A DNA stretch of 64,000 nucleotides from Thermodesulfobacteriota bacterium (GCA_965223335.1 OZ244991.1:1920001-1984000), one strand, 5' to 3'; positions 1-12,234 are shown, counted from the stretch's first letter. Translations and numbers: made by a program. The notes: a model not told the origin generated them from the letters alone.

Positions 1-1500
<1,500 letters not shown>

Positions 1501-1518
1501 GCACCGGTCGGAAAATCT

Positions 1519-3537
1519 ATGCTTACAAAGCTTCCTTCACCCAACGATATTGTGCTATTTAGGAAACGGAAGGAGTCGACATTCGGTATTTTGACCGATG
1601 CCCCCACGGAGAAGGTGCGTTTATTTTCAGAGGAGGGTAAGGAGCTTGAGGTCGATGTGGAGAAGGTCGTGTTTAATTCGGGCATAAGTGTTGAGGGCAC
1701 CCTTACGGATGCCGAGAAGAAGATAAGGCTCCGAGCGATGCGCCGGGAGCTTGAGGCGAGAAAAGCAGAGGTGGACCTCTGCACTCTGTGGGAGTGTGTG
1801 GAGGGGACTAAAGAGCTCTATAGCTTTGATGAGCTCCTTGAGCTCTATTACGCTGATGAACCGAGACCGCATGGCGATGTGTTGCTATTGTTCTGGGCAA
1901 TAGACAAAGACGATATATATTTCAAACGCCAAGACGGAGGGTATGAGGTAAAGGACAGCGAAGAGGTTGCGGCCACTATAAAGAGAAAAGAGGTGGAGGC
2001 GGAGAAGAAAAAGGAGAGGAAGGCAGCGCTTAGGTGGGCACGGGGCATAATGAATGGTGAGACAGATAATACCGATCCTGAGTTCGATCCCGCTTCATAC
2101 ATAGAGCTTATAAAAGGGTACGTAATATTTTTAGATAAATTCGAGAGACTGAGTGAGGCCAAATCATTTATCTCAGAGGTAGGGATAAAGGATATGGAGG
2201 GTGCCATCGAGTTTTTAATGTCGATAGGCGAGTGGTCTGAGGACAATGACCCGCTTATTAAAAGGTATGGGATAAAAGAAGAGTTTTCTCGGTCTGTGCT
2301 AGATGAGGCCTGTGAAATTGCTCGTGGTGTGCCGGAGATGGCAGGTGTCACTGATCTTACCCATCTGGAGATATATTCCATTGACGATGAGGACACGGTA
2401 GATATCGATGATGCAATCTCGCTTGAGCAAAAGGACGGGGGCTATGAGCTAGGCATACACATATCGAATGTGGCGGCACTGGTGCCTCAATGCAGCCTGC
2501 TCGACGAAGAGGCGGCGAGGAGGGGCGAGACCATATATCTGCCCGAAAAAAAGATTCATATGTTTCCCCCTGAGCTTGTGAATGAAAATCTAAGCCTTTA
2601 TGAGGGAAAAGAGCGAAACGCGTTAAGCCTGATAGTGGGATTTGACGAGAATCTAAATATTAAAAACTACAGATTCTTGCAGTCGCGTATAAAAGTTAAA
2701 GCCAATCTCTCGTATACCGCGGCGATTGAATTTATAGACACTGACGAAACCGCTAAGAAACTGGAACAGATAGCCCTTAACCTAAGAGACATGAGAAATC
2801 GTGCGGGTGCCTTTATCCTACAGCTCCCAAACCTTAAGATCGATGTTGATGAGGACGGCGAGATTCACATTAGAAAGAACTACATGGACACGAGGGCACA
2901 TGTGGTGGTCACAGAGTTTATGGTGCTTATGAACTACCTGGCGGGCAGGTTCTTTAAAGAACGGCGGGTGCCCGCTATCTACAGGTCGCAACCCGAAGCT
3001 GTGGGCGACGATGCAAGGAGCATGGACAGAGCGGACCCGCTCTTTGCGCTTAAGGTGGTAAAACACCTAAAACCCTCTAAGACCGGACTCGACCCCATGC
3101 CGCACAGGTCTCTCGGGGTCGATGTATACGCGCAGATCACCTCGCCGATACGCAGGTATGTCGACCTGATATTGCAGCGCCAGATAGTAGGGGAGCTTAC
3201 CGGGGAGGGGCCCATATACAGTGAGCAGGACCTGGAGACCATCTTTCCCAGGGTTGAGCTCGGGGTTAAGGATAAGAAGTTAATTGAGCGTAGCCGTGTT
3301 CGTTACTGGCTCTTTAAAAAGCTTCGGGAGCTAAAAGGTCAGGAGCTCACGGGTGTAGTGCATAACATAAGCGGTACCAGGGTAACCGTATATATTAAGG
3401 ATTATCTGTTCGAGGTGCCAATATCGTTGCGCCCCGGTCTGGAGCTGGCGCAGGGGGATACTGTAAGTCTGAGGATCGAGAAGGTCGATCCGTTGAGAAG
3501 AAGAATAAGGCTTGTGCCGCTTGGGGTTTCAGACTGA
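1519..3537 (+). CDS. RNB-domain 3'-5' exoribonuclease (RNase II/R family)
   Basis: Catalytic SIDDEDTVDIDDAIS motif, TSPIRRYVDL motif and a C-terminal S1-like domain. Confidence 0.9.
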   Translation: MLTKLPSPNDIVLFRKRKESTFGILTDAPTEKVRLFSEEGKELEVDVEKVVFNSGISVEGTLTDAEKKIRLRAMRRELEARKAEVDLCTLWECVEGTKELYSFDELLELYYADEPRPHGDVLLLFWAIDKDDIYFKRQDGGYEVKDSEEVAATIKRKEVEAEKKKERKAALRWARGIMNGETDNTDPEFDPASYIELIKGYVIFLDKFERLSEAKSFISEVGIKDMEGAIEFLMSIGEWSEDNDPLIKRYGIKEEFSRSVLDEACEIARGVPEMAGVTDLTHLEIYSIDDEDTVDIDDAISLEQKDGGYELGIHISNVAALVPQCSLLDEEAARRGETIYLPEKKIHMFPPELVNENLSLYEGKERNALSLIVGFDENLNIKNYRFLQSRIKVKANLSYTAAIEFIDTDETAKKLEQIALNLRDMRNRAGAFILQLPNLKIDVDEDGEIHIRKNYMDTRAHVVVTEFMVLMNYLAGRFFKERRVPAIYRSQPEAVGDDARSMDRADPLFALKVVKHLKPSKTGLDPMPHRSLGVDVYAQITSPIRRYVDLILQRQIVGELTGEGPIYSEQDLETIFPRVELGVKDKKLIERSRVRYWLFKKLRELKGQELTGVVHNISGTRVTVYIKDYLFEVPISLRPGLELAQGDTVSLRIEKVDPLRRRIRLVPLGVSD

Positions 3538-3547
3538 ATGTGGCTGC

Positions 3548-4954
3548 CTAGTTATTCCTCAACGCCTCTAACATCTCTTTAACATTGGTGAATTTCACAC
3601 GCGGTCTTCCGAGCTTTTTGCCGCGCTCTATCTCCATTTGGTCCAGGCGTAGCCAATCTTGGTAGCTTATATACTGGGGTTGTCTCTCTTTTACGAGCTT
3701 GTGGATAGCGTCGGGGTGGGGGTGGGCGGGCTTTAAGTGTTTGCCTGCCTCAATGTCCTCTACAATACAGTCGACCGTTTCGCTGGAATCCTTTTTGTTA
3801 GTACCTATAACCCCGCTCGGCCCTCTCTTAATCCACCCGGTTGTATATAGACCCACAATGTGCTCTTTAGTGTCAGGATGTATGACGCGTCCTTTTTCGT
3901 TGTGAATTACTCCCCATTGGTCATGGAACGGGACCTCGGGCAAGGGGACTCCCTGGTATCCGATAGACCTGAAAATAAGCCCGCAGGGGATCTCTTCGAA
4001 CTGCTCTGTGGGTTTGGGTCTAAGTGCCCCTGAATCGGTTTTATAGAGCTCGTTTTTAACAACCCGCACTGCCCGCATTTGCCTGGACTCGTCTTCTAGG
4101 ATCTCGGTAGGTGATACCAAAAACCTTATATGCAGGTTATGTGATTTATCTTTATCCGGTGGGGTGGTTGCATACTCTTTTAATATCTCTATTTTCTTTC
4201 TAGTTGAGTTGTCGTCGGTTTCCTCCAGCCACTCTTGGGTGTAGTCGTCCAGTTCCATCTCTTCGGGTTTAACAATTACGTTCGAGTCTTCGAGCTTGCC
4301 GAGCTCGCGTATCTCGGGGTTAGTGAAAGCTGCTTGTGCGGGACCTCGCCTTGCGAGCATATATACGTTTTTGACCTTACTGTTTTTGAGTGCTTCAAGA
4401 GCGTAGTGGGCGATATCGGTCTGTTCGAGCTCGTTTACGGTACGGCATAAAATGCGTGCAACGTCCACCGCCACATTGCCCGCACCTACCACGGCGACTG
4501 ATTCGCAGGAGAGGTCGAATTCGAGCTCTTCGTAGTCGGGGTGGCCGTTATACCATGCCACAAACTCAGTGGCAGTGTGGCTGCCCCTTACATCTTCGCC
4601 GGGGATATTCATTCTTCGGTCGGTCTGGGCCCCTGTGGCAAAGACGATTTTGTGGTAGTGATTCATGAGGTCTTTTAGGTCTATGTGATTGCCGAACTCC
4701 ACTAGACCGAAAAAGCGGAACCCGGGGTTTGAAGCTATCTTGTCATAGACCTTTGTTACCGTTTTGATCTTGTGGTGGTCGGGTGCTACACCGGAACGCA
4801 CCAGCCCGTGGGGTGTGGGCAGGCGGTCGAACATATCAACCTCTATCGACAGGTCCTTTTTCCGAAAGAGATGGTCTGCAGTGTAAAATCCCGCCGGGCC
4901 CGAGCCTATGATCGCTACCCTGTATGTAATGTTGTTCTTGTTGTTCTCAGTCAT
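3548..4954 (-). CDS. Ferredoxin-NADP+ reductase, adrenodoxin-reductase/FprA-like
   Basis: IIGSGPAGFY FAD site, GLVRSGVAPDH, GAGNVAVDVAR NADP site and GWIKRGPSGVIGTN. Confidence 0.9.
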   Translation of the reverse strand: MTENNKNNITYRVAIIGSGPAGFYTADHLFRKKDLSIEVDMFDRLPTPHGLVRSGVAPDHHKIKTVTKVYDKIASNPGFRFFGLVEFGNHIDLKDLMNHYHKIVFATGAQTDRRMNIPGEDVRGSHTATEFVAWYNGHPDYEELEFDLSCESVAVVGAGNVAVDVARILCRTVNELEQTDIAHYALEALKNSKVKNVYMLARRGPAQAAFTNPEIRELGKLEDSNVIVKPEEMELDDYTQEWLEETDDNSTRKKIEILKEYATTPPDKDKSHNLHIRFLVSPTEILEDESRQMRAVRVVKNELYKTDSGALRPKPTEQFEEIPCGLIFRSIGYQGVPLPEVPFHDQWGVIHNEKGRVIHPDTKEHIVGLYTTGWIKRGPSGVIGTNKKDSSETVDCIVEDIEAGKHLKPAHPHPDAIHKLVKERQPQYISYQDWLRLDQMEIERGKKLGRPRVKFTNVKEMLEALRNN

Positions 4955-5200
4955 ATATCACTCGTCTCTAAGCTATTTGCAATTAGATATGAAAATTGGG
5001 ATTAAAGATTCGAATTTATATAAGAGTTTTTATCACTCATCCCGCTATCTTTACTGAGCATATGATAATACGCCCGCTCAAGCAGCAATTATTATACCGA
5101 GAGAATCCGAGCTGGGTAATAAATTATCGTAAGTTGTTTAAAAATTACGGACACTGTATGATGTAGGGTGAATGTTTGATGGGGACTACTAGAAGAATAT

Positions 5201-7504
5201 ATGAGCGGAAAGAATATAGTACAAAGGGCTGATTTCCATCTTAAGATTGTACAAGAAATTAGTGACATCATTAATAAGTCCACCGGGCTAAACACTATCC
5301 TCAGACGTGTAGTGAACAAGATTGCAAGCTCGCTGCACTTTGATGTTGTATCGATATACATATGGGACAACGAGAAGGAAAAGCTTATTCTGAGGGCGAC
5401 AAAGGGACTGCATGTGGACCCGGGGCGTGACCCCATCACACTTAATCCCAATGAGGGGCTTACCGGTCTAGTCTACGAGACTGCAAGACCGATCACAGCA
5501 ATGCCGGCCTCTAGGCACCCCCGTTACAAATATTTCCCCGAGATAGGCGAAGAGGAGTATGAGAGCTATATAGGAATACCCATAATACTGCAGAACAGGT
5601 GCATCGGGGTGTTGGTAGCGCAGACCAAAGAAAAGAGGCTTATAAACCCGGCGGAGGAGACTCTGTTTCAGATTATATCGTCGCGCTTGGCCGGGCTGCT
5701 AGAGGTTGCGGACCGTCTTGAGCGGCTTAAATCCCCATCTGTAAGACAGCACAAAACAAGGACATACCAAGGTAAAGGGGTCTCGAGCGGGTACGCGATA
5801 GGCAACGTGTTTTTGTTCCGGGGGCTCTTTCAGCAGGTCGATGCCGATGCTCTTTCAACCACTGATACTGAGCAAGAGGCCAAGAGGGTACTCGAGTCTA
5901 TTGCTAATGTAGAGCGTGACCTTGAAGACCTGATCAAAACACTTGACCGCGAAGCTATACTCTCAAAAGCAGAGATAGATATATTTAGGGCGCACCTGCT
6001 TATACTCCAGGGTGCTACGTTTCGTGACGCTATTCTGGAAAAACTAAAGGATGACGATATCCCCGCAGAGCTTGCCATTGTGGGCGCGATAGAGGAGATT
6101 GCGGAGCAGTTTGAAGGCCTTAGCGACAGGTACCTGAGAGAGAAGGCACAGGATTTTAGAGACATCGGTGAGAGGATACTCCAGGACCTAATGCGCTCTC
6201 AAAAGACAGAGCCCAACCAGCCCGAGCCTGTGGACGGATCTATATTGGTGGCCTATGAGATAGGGCCGTCGTTTGTTTCCATGCTATTTAAGCATAAGGT
6301 CTCGGCAGTGTTGATGGAGCAGGGGGGTGAGACCTCGCACGCTATAATCATAGCAAAATCGCTGGGTATACCTGCGGTTGTGGGCATTGATAATATATGT
6401 AACCAGGTGAGGCCGGGCGAGAAACTAATCATAGACGGCAAGACGGGGTTTGTGTTTACAAACCCTGATGAGAAGCTCGTTGAGGAATACGAGACCAACT
6501 ATGAGAGGTTTGAGAAGGTAAAGCAGGACATAGTGAGCGAGGGGCAGGAGTCGACGGAATCAAAGAGTATAGGCATCAAACTAACAGCCAACATTGGGTT
6601 TCCGATTGACATTGACCTGGCCCGGCAGTTTCATATGGAGGATGTGGGGCTATTTAGAACAGAGTTTGCCTTTGCGCAGTACAACAAATGGCCGCGTGTG
6701 CGTCAGCAGGTAAAAATCTATAAGGAGCTTGCCTCAAACTTCAGCGGCTACGTTACCGTTCGCACACTGGACATAGGAGCCGATAAGCTTTTGCCCTACC
6801 TCGATTTTCCTAAAGAAGACAACCCGTTGTTGGGGCTTAGAGCCATAAGGTTTTCCATGGAGCACCTCGACCTCTTTAGGGATCAGATAAGAGCTATACT
6901 ACTTGCAACAAAGAAGGGCTGTCGTTTTCGTATCATGCTCCCGATGGTAACTAACATCTGGGAGGTGGAGACAGCCAAGGAGCTTGTGGACGAGATTGCA
7001 AAAGAGATAGGCCTTAGCAAAAGGGATATACCCAAGCTTGGCATAATGATGGAAGTGCCTGCGATACTCTACCAGCTCGAGGACTATAAGAAGCTCATAG
7101 ATTTTGTGTCTGTGGGTACAAATGACCTGATACAGTACATACTGGCGGTGGACCGTAACTCGAACATGGTGGGACACCTGTATTCGGGATTCCATCCCTC
7201 GGTGCTAAGGATGCTGGATGACATCAGGGTAGAGACAGAGGCCGAGGGGCTGGAGCTGTCGGTGTGTGGGGAGTTGGCAGGCACACCCGCAGGGGCCCTT
7301 GTGTTAATAGCTCTCGGGTATAAGCAGCTAAGCGTATCGCCCTCGCATGCACCGGTGATACGATATATGTGCAAGAAACTGAGTCGTAAACTTTTGAACA
7401 CGATTGCAAAAGATATACTTGTGGAAAATAAACAGTCGGACATAAAGCGCTATCTGATAGATGTGTTGGATTCGTTAGACCCCTCACTACTTGAGATTGA
7501 GTAG
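5201..7504 (+). CDS. ptsP: PEP-protein phosphotransferase with N-terminal GAF domain (Enzyme I-Ntr)
   Basis: N-terminal GAF-like region, GGETSHA phospho-His motif, VGLFRTEF, RTLDIGADK, NPLLGLRAIR, SVGTNDLIQY and CGELAG. Confidence 0.93.
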   Translation: MSGKNIVQRADFHLKIVQEISDIINKSTGLNTILRRVVNKIASSLHFDVVSIYIWDNEKEKLILRATKGLHVDPGRDPITLNPNEGLTGLVYETARPITAMPASRHPRYKYFPEIGEEEYESYIGIPIILQNRCIGVLVAQTKEKRLINPAEETLFQIISSRLAGLLEVADRLERLKSPSVRQHKTRTYQGKGVSSGYAIGNVFLFRGLFQQVDADALSTTDTEQEAKRVLESIANVERDLEDLIKTLDREAILSKAEIDIFRAHLLILQGATFRDAILEKLKDDDIPAELAIVGAIEEIAEQFEGLSDRYLREKAQDFRDIGERILQDLMRSQKTEPNQPEPVDGSILVAYEIGPSFVSMLFKHKVSAVLMEQGGETSHAIIIAKSLGIPAVVGIDNICNQVRPGEKLIIDGKTGFVFTNPDEKLVEEYETNYERFEKVKQDIVSEGQESTESKSIGIKLTANIGFPIDIDLARQFHMEDVGLFRTEFAFAQYNKWPRVRQQVKIYKELASNFSGYVTVRTLDIGADKLLPYLDFPKEDNPLLGLRAIRFSMEHLDLFRDQIRAILLATKKGCRFRIMLPMVTNIWEVETAKELVDEIAKEIGLSKRDIPKLGIMMEVPAILYQLEDYKKLIDFVSVGTNDLIQYILAVDRNSNMVGHLYSGFHPSVLRMLDDIRVETEAEGLELSVCGELAGTPAGALVLIALGYKQLSVSPSHAPVIRYMCKKLSRKLLNTIAKDILVENKQSDIKRYLIDVLDSLDPSLLEIE

Positions 7505-7569
7505 CAAGTTGTAAGTGGTAAGCATACTTTTAATTTCAGTACCTTTCGGTATTGTATATCCCCTAAAAA

Positions 7570-8484
7570 ATGAACATTACCAGAACACATAAGATACTGT
7601 TCGCACTAACTGTAGCCACGACACTGATCCAGGGTTACGTGTTTGAGGGTAGTGTGTTGAGTGCGGTTTCATTCTCTGCGGCACTACTGTTTATACTAGG
7701 CTCACATGAGATGGGCCACTACCATTTTGGCAGGAAATACGGTGTTAACATTACCCCGCCATACTTTATCCCGGCCCCTCCTTACATCTCACCCATCGGT
7801 ACATTTGGTGCATTCATAAAGATTAAGTCCCCGATCACGAACAAAAGAGCTCTGTTTGATATAGGTGTTGCAGGCCCATTAGCAGGTATAGTGGCGACAA
7901 TCCCGGTACTCATAATCGGGCTTAAACTCTCTACGATTGTGGAGGCGGATAGTTTTTATTCGCGCCCCGATGTAATGATCCTTGATTTTGGGAACACGCT
8001 TATTTTCTCGTACCTCTCAGACTTGGTATTGGGCAAAGTAGCTAGCGGATATGCGGTAGAGCATCATCCCGTAGCATTTGCAGGTTGGGTAGGTTTATTT
8101 ATCACCGCGCTTAATTTGATCCCTTCGGGACAGCTGGACGGGGGTCATATAATATATTCACTCGTATCTAAAAAGGTACACTCCGCAGTCTCGATCTCAA
8201 TGGTAGTGATATTGGTGGTAATAGGTCTCGGGACCGTACCGTTTTTGAAGCTGTCTCAGATGATATGGGGTGGGGATCTGCCCTCTTGGATAAGCTCGGT
8301 GCCCGTCTATGACGGATGGCCCGGGTGGATACTATGGGCAGTTCTGCTCACAATTTTGGGCACCAAACACCCGCCTACCATAGACGAGCACACGGGGTTG
8401 GACTTTAAGCGTAAGGTGCTAGCGGTGGTTGCGCTGCTGGTTTTTATCGGCTGTTTTTCACCGGTACCGATAGTTGTGCGCTAG
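7570..8484 (+). CDS. Site-2 protease (peptidase M50), integral membrane
   Basis: HEMGH (HExxH) and NLIPSGQLDGG (NxxPxxxLDG) motifs, multiple hydrophobic segments. Confidence 0.92.
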   Translation: MNITRTHKILFALTVATTLIQGYVFEGSVLSAVSFSAALLFILGSHEMGHYHFGRKYGVNITPPYFIPAPPYISPIGTFGAFIKIKSPITNKRALFDIGVAGPLAGIVATIPVLIIGLKLSTIVEADSFYSRPDVMILDFGNTLIFSYLSDLVLGKVASGYAVEHHPVAFAGWVGLFITALNLIPSGQLDGGHIIYSLVSKKVHSAVSISMVVILVVIGLGTVPFLKLSQMIWGGDLPSWISSVPVYDGWPGWILWAVLLTILGTKHPPTIDEHTGLDFKRKVLAVVALLVFIGCFSPVPIVVR

Positions 8485-8581
8485 GGCTTTTCATAATTGC
8501 CATTTCTATTTATAATAGTAGGGCTTACTGCAAAGGGGTGATACATAACATCTAATTAGATTTATCTATTTATAAATCGAT

Positions 8582-8609
8582 TTGAAAAAAATTAGAGTTT
8601 AGGTAATGT
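8582..8609 (+). promoter_or_regulatory. Putative sigma70 promoter for gltA
   Basis: TTGAAA-16nt-TAATGT in an AT-rich intergenic region. A strong SD (AAGGAGG) precedes the GTG start. Confidence 0.35.
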
Positions 8610-8718
8610 TTTGTGATTCATAAGTTCAAGTTTTAAGCTTGTTCTAATAAGAATCCGACAAAAAATATATATACATTACAAGAATGCAGGAAATTTTACT
8701 GTATAAGGAGGAAATATC

Positions 8719-10014
8719 GTGGCTAAGGATACATTAACTATCACTGATAATAGAACTGGTAAGTCTTATGAGATCCCTATAGAAAACAGCACTATTAGGG
8801 CCATGGATCTTCGTCAGATCAAGGTTAAAGAGGATGAGTTCGGGATGATGAGTTACGATCCTGCTTTCGGAAATACCGCTTCATGTATAAGCGAAGTAAC
8901 TTTTATTGACGGAGAGAAAGGGCAGCTTATGTACAGGGGCTATCCGATTGAGGACCTGGCTAAAAAGAGCAACTACCTAGAGGTTGCATACCTGCTTTTA
9001 TATGGTGAGCTGCCGACTCAATCGCAGTACAACACTTGGGTGCATGACATTACTCATCACACTTTTATTCACGAGAACATAAAGAAATTTATGGACGGTT
9101 TCCGCTACGATGCACACCCCATGGGTATGCTGATGGGCACTGTTGGGGCACTCTCGACCTTCTATCCGGAGGCTAAGGATATATTCAACGCCGAAAACCA
9201 GGATATTCAGATCCAGCGCCTAATAGCAAAGATGCCTACAATGGCTGCATTTGCCTATCGCCATTCCGAGGGTCAGCCCTATGTTTACCCCGACAACGAC
9301 CTTAGCTACGCGGGGAACTTCTTGAACATGCTGTTTAAGATGACAGAGCAAAAATACAAACCGAACCCGGTAATTGAAAAGGCTATTGATGTGCTGTTTA
9401 TCCTGCACGCGGACCACGAACAGAACTGTAGTGCAAGCGCAATGCGTAACGTGGGAAGCTCGCTGCCTGATCCGTACTCCTCCACAGCCGCTGCTATCGC
9501 GGCACTCTATGGACCGCTCCACGGCGGGGCCAACGAGGGAGTGCTGGAGATGTTAAACGAGATAGGTTCTAAGGATAATATCCCCAAGTACATTAAGCGT
9601 GCAAAAGCCGGTGAGTTTAGGCTTATGGGATTTGGGCACAGGGTCTACAAGGCTTATGACCCGAGGGCAAAGATAATCAAGGACATTGCACACGATGTGT
9701 TCCAGGAGACTGGGAAGAACCCGCTTTTGGATATAGCACTCGAGCTCGAGAGGATTGCGCTTGAGGACGATTACTTTGTAAAGAGAAAACTCTATCCCAA
9801 CGTGGATTTCTACTCGGGCCTTATATATCAGAGTATGGGGATCCCTGTGGATATGTTTACCGTACTCTTTGCAATAGCACGTACATCGGGTTGGCTGGCA
9901 CAGTGGAGAGAGCTCCTAAACGATAAAGAGAGGAGGATTGCCCGCCCACGTCAGGTATACCTGGGCAAGAAAAACAGAAAGTACGTGCCTATTAAAAAGC
10001 GCAAAAAGAAATAA
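8719..10014 (+). CDS. gltA: Citrate synthase
   Basis: HADHEQN, LYGPLHGGANE, LMGFGHRVYK and YPNVDFYSG motifs. Confidence 0.97.
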   Translation: MAKDTLTITDNRTGKSYEIPIENSTIRAMDLRQIKVKEDEFGMMSYDPAFGNTASCISEVTFIDGEKGQLMYRGYPIEDLAKKSNYLEVAYLLLYGELPTQSQYNTWVHDITHHTFIHENIKKFMDGFRYDAHPMGMLMGTVGALSTFYPEAKDIFNAENQDIQIQRLIAKMPTMAAFAYRHSEGQPYVYPDNDLSYAGNFLNMLFKMTEQKYKPNPVIEKAIDVLFILHADHEQNCSASAMRNVGSSLPDPYSSTAAAIAALYGPLHGGANEGVLEMLNEIGSKDNIPKYIKRAKAGEFRLMGFGHRVYKAYDPRAKIIKDIAHDVFQETGKNPLLDIALELERIALEDDYFVKRKLYPNVDFYSGLIYQSMGIPVDMFTVLFAIARTSGWLAQWRELLNDKERRIARPRQVYLGKKNRKYVPIKKRKKK

Positions 10015-10034
10015 CAGCCTACATTGATCACGTG

Positions 10035-10370
10035 CTACGTATGTGAGAAGTGTTTGCTGATGAGGTTGTTGTAGTAATAATCAACTAGATACTCAAGGGA
10101 GGTAATATATATATCTATTACCTCCTTCTTTACATCTTCCCCATTTATATCCTGAATTTTGTTCTCTATGGTTTCAAGATAAGACTCTTTTAATGTCTTG
10201 GAGTCGTCTCTGACAATGACCTCGATGAGGGATACGTCTTGGAGGTCGTACTTCTTTGCCTCAAGCGTAGTCCTTAGTAAAGAGCTAAGGCCATCTATGG
10301 GTTTTAGGCTGCTCTCAAGTATAAACTCTTCAAACAGTTTGATCAGATCTTCGATATATTGTGGCTGCAA
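10035..10370 (-). CDS. Hypothetical protein, predicted helical and acidic
   Basis: 111-aa ORF co-oriented with the TPR gene and 16 nt downstream of it. GGAG SD precedes a TTG start. No recognisable motif. Confidence 0.65.
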   Translation of the reverse strand: MQPQYIEDLIKLFEEFILESSLKPIDGLSSLLRTTLEAKKYDLQDVSLIEVIVRDDSKTLKESYLETIENKIQDINGEDVKKEVIDIYITSLEYLVDYYYNNLISKHFSHT

Positions 10371-10386
10371 TGTGGGGCTCCCGGTG

Positions 10387-11199
10387 TTAGTTGTTGTCGG
10401 TGTCGTTTATGTCTGAGATTAATCTCATGGCGAAACGTCTGTTGATATACCAGTCGGCGTAGAAAGTCGGGGTTTTTTCCTGAAGGAACTCTATTAATAT
10501 TGAGCGGGCTTCTTCGTACTTTTCCTGTTTCATTAGGTTCATACCCAGGTATAGCTTAGCAGTTGTTAAATGAGGGTCAATGGACAGCGCCCTCCTGAGG
10601 TAGATCTCGGATATGAACAGGTCGCCGCCCACAAAGCTGGGCAGGTGCTGGTAGAGTGCACCGTACATTGCCAGGCCGTAGGTGTGGTTGGGATCGAGCT
10701 CTAAGATTAGATCGAGCTTCTCGCGAATTTCGCCAAGCATAAATAATGACCTGAACACACCCTTTGTGTCGCCGAGTGATGCGAGATTGGCAACGTAGTA
10801 GAACTGGGTGTCGGGGTTATTGGGATCGAGAGCTATGGCTTTCTGAGCTGCGCTCTTTCCGTTTTCAAATACGCGTATCATTTCCTTTTTGGTAGGGGCT
10901 TTGGCGTAACCGTAGGTTAACCACGCACGTGATAAGAGGAGTAGAGCCTCTAGGTTATCGGGATCATTGCTAAGAGTCTCGGATATGATCTCTATCGAAC
11001 TGTCTATGTTGGCTGAATCTAGATGATATTGGAGTAGGATCTGTTTTGCATAGGCCAAATCTTGTGAGGGTTTTTCTGGGGTTTTGGATTGCCAATGGTT
11101 AATCGCAAACGAGTCGTGCGTGAAAAATTGAGAGGGGGCTATCAATATGATAGCTATGGCAATGAAACGTAGATAGTTAATCTTGTGTGGTTTGATCAA
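10387..11199 (-). CDS. Exported TPR-repeat protein
   Basis: N-terminal hydrophobic signal-like segment. Repeated 'ALxLDP' TPR turns (SNDPDN, ALDPNN, ELDPNH, SIDPHL). Confidence 0.8.
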   Translation of the reverse strand: MIKPHKINYLRFIAIAIILIAPSQFFTHDSFAINHWQSKTPEKPSQDLAYAKQILLQYHLDSANIDSSIEIISETLSNDPDNLEALLLLSRAWLTYGYAKAPTKKEMIRVFENGKSAAQKAIALDPNNPDTQFYYVANLASLGDTKGVFRSLFMLGEIREKLDLILELDPNHTYGLAMYGALYQHLPSFVGGDLFISEIYLRRALSIDPHLTTAKLYLGMNLMKQEKYEEARSILIEFLQEKTPTFYADWYINRRFAMRLISDINDTDNN

Positions 11200-11208
11200 C
11201 GTTCTATA

Positions 11209-12234
11209 TTACATGCTGAATTGATTTATATTCTCTAAAGTATTATATATGAGTCTGATTGTATTTTCGATATCTTTTTTATATGCCAGGCAGCTTGGGC
11301 TATGGAGGTAGCGCACGGGTGTCGATACCACAGCGGCACGGCTGCCTTTCCCGGTAACCTGCATTGCGGTGGCATTGGTGCTCCCCGCTTTTTTCACTGT
11401 GACCTGATATGGTATTTTTTTCTTTTTGGCAAGGTCCATTATGAAGTAGCTAAAGGGCCTATGTGCAACCAAAAAGCGGTCGGAAAGCCTAATCTCAGGG
11501 CCTTTATTTGTATTGGCCATGGTCTTGTGGCTCGGGATGCCTGGGATGTCCATGGCAACGGTGCCCTCTAGAGCAACTACAAAATCGGGCTCGTACACAG
11601 GCGTGATCACACGTGCTCCCCTAAGTCCTACCTCTTCCTGCACGGTCGCAGTTACATAAAGATCGCACTTCAGTTTTGGTTTTCTCTTAAGTGCCTCGAT
11701 AATTACAAATAGCCCGACCCTGTCGTCTATGGCCTTTGATATGACAGCATCGTCGGTCTCCTCGAACGGGTCGTAAAATGATACGAGATCGCCTATATTG
11801 ACTAGCTTGTGTACTTTTGAGGCACTAAGCCCCAGGTCGAGCACACAGTCCTCAACCTCGGGGACCTCCTTGTTGTTAGTGTTGCGGCTTATGTGAGGGG
11901 GGATAGCGGCTACCATCCCGACCAGTGTTTTCTTGCCGTAAACCCGAAGCCTCTGCCCATAGAACACTCGCGGGTCCATTCCGCCAAGCGGGGTTAGCCT
12001 AAGAAACCCGTCCTTGTCTACATGGTTGACCATAAACCCTACTTCATCAGTGTGGGCGTCTAAGACAAGTTTTGGCCCGTTGCCCGGGATGTGTGCGATT
12101 ATATTCCCTAAAGCGTCTTCTTTAATATCCTTTGTAAAGGGCTTTAGTGCAGAGGTTACGATTTTTTTAACCGGGTCCTCTGCGCCCGGGAGCCCGGGGG
12201 CTTCGCATAGCTGCTTTAGTAGTTTTAGATCCAT
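11209..12234 (-). CDS. M42 family (TET-like) aminopeptidase
   Basis: DAHTDEVG, KAIDDRVG, VQEEVGLRGA and RYLHSP metal-binding motifs. Confidence 0.92.
   Translation of the reverse strand: MDLKLLKQLCEAPGLPGAEDPVKKIVTSALKPFTKDIKEDALGNIIAHIPGNGPKLVLDAHTDEVGFMVNHVDKDGFLRLTPLGGMDPRVFYGQRLRVYGKKTLVGMVAAIPPHISRNTNNKEVPEVEDCVLDLGLSASKVHKLVNIGDLVSFYDPFEETDDAVISKAIDDRVGLFVIIEALKRKPKLKCDLYVTATVQEEVGLRGARVITPVYEPDFVVALEGTVAMDIPGIPSHKTMANTNKGPEIRLSDRFLVAHRPFSYFIMDLAKKKKIPYQVTVKKAGSTNATAMQVTGKGSRAAVVSTPVRYLHSPSCLAYKKDIENTIRLIYNTLENINQFSM

Noticed and set aside
8505..8583. 11-bp direct repeat TCTATTTATAA (8505, 8565) and short palindromes upstream of gltA
   Set aside because: These are low-complexity AT-rich sequences that are plausible by chance. 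They cannot be supported as operators without comparative data.
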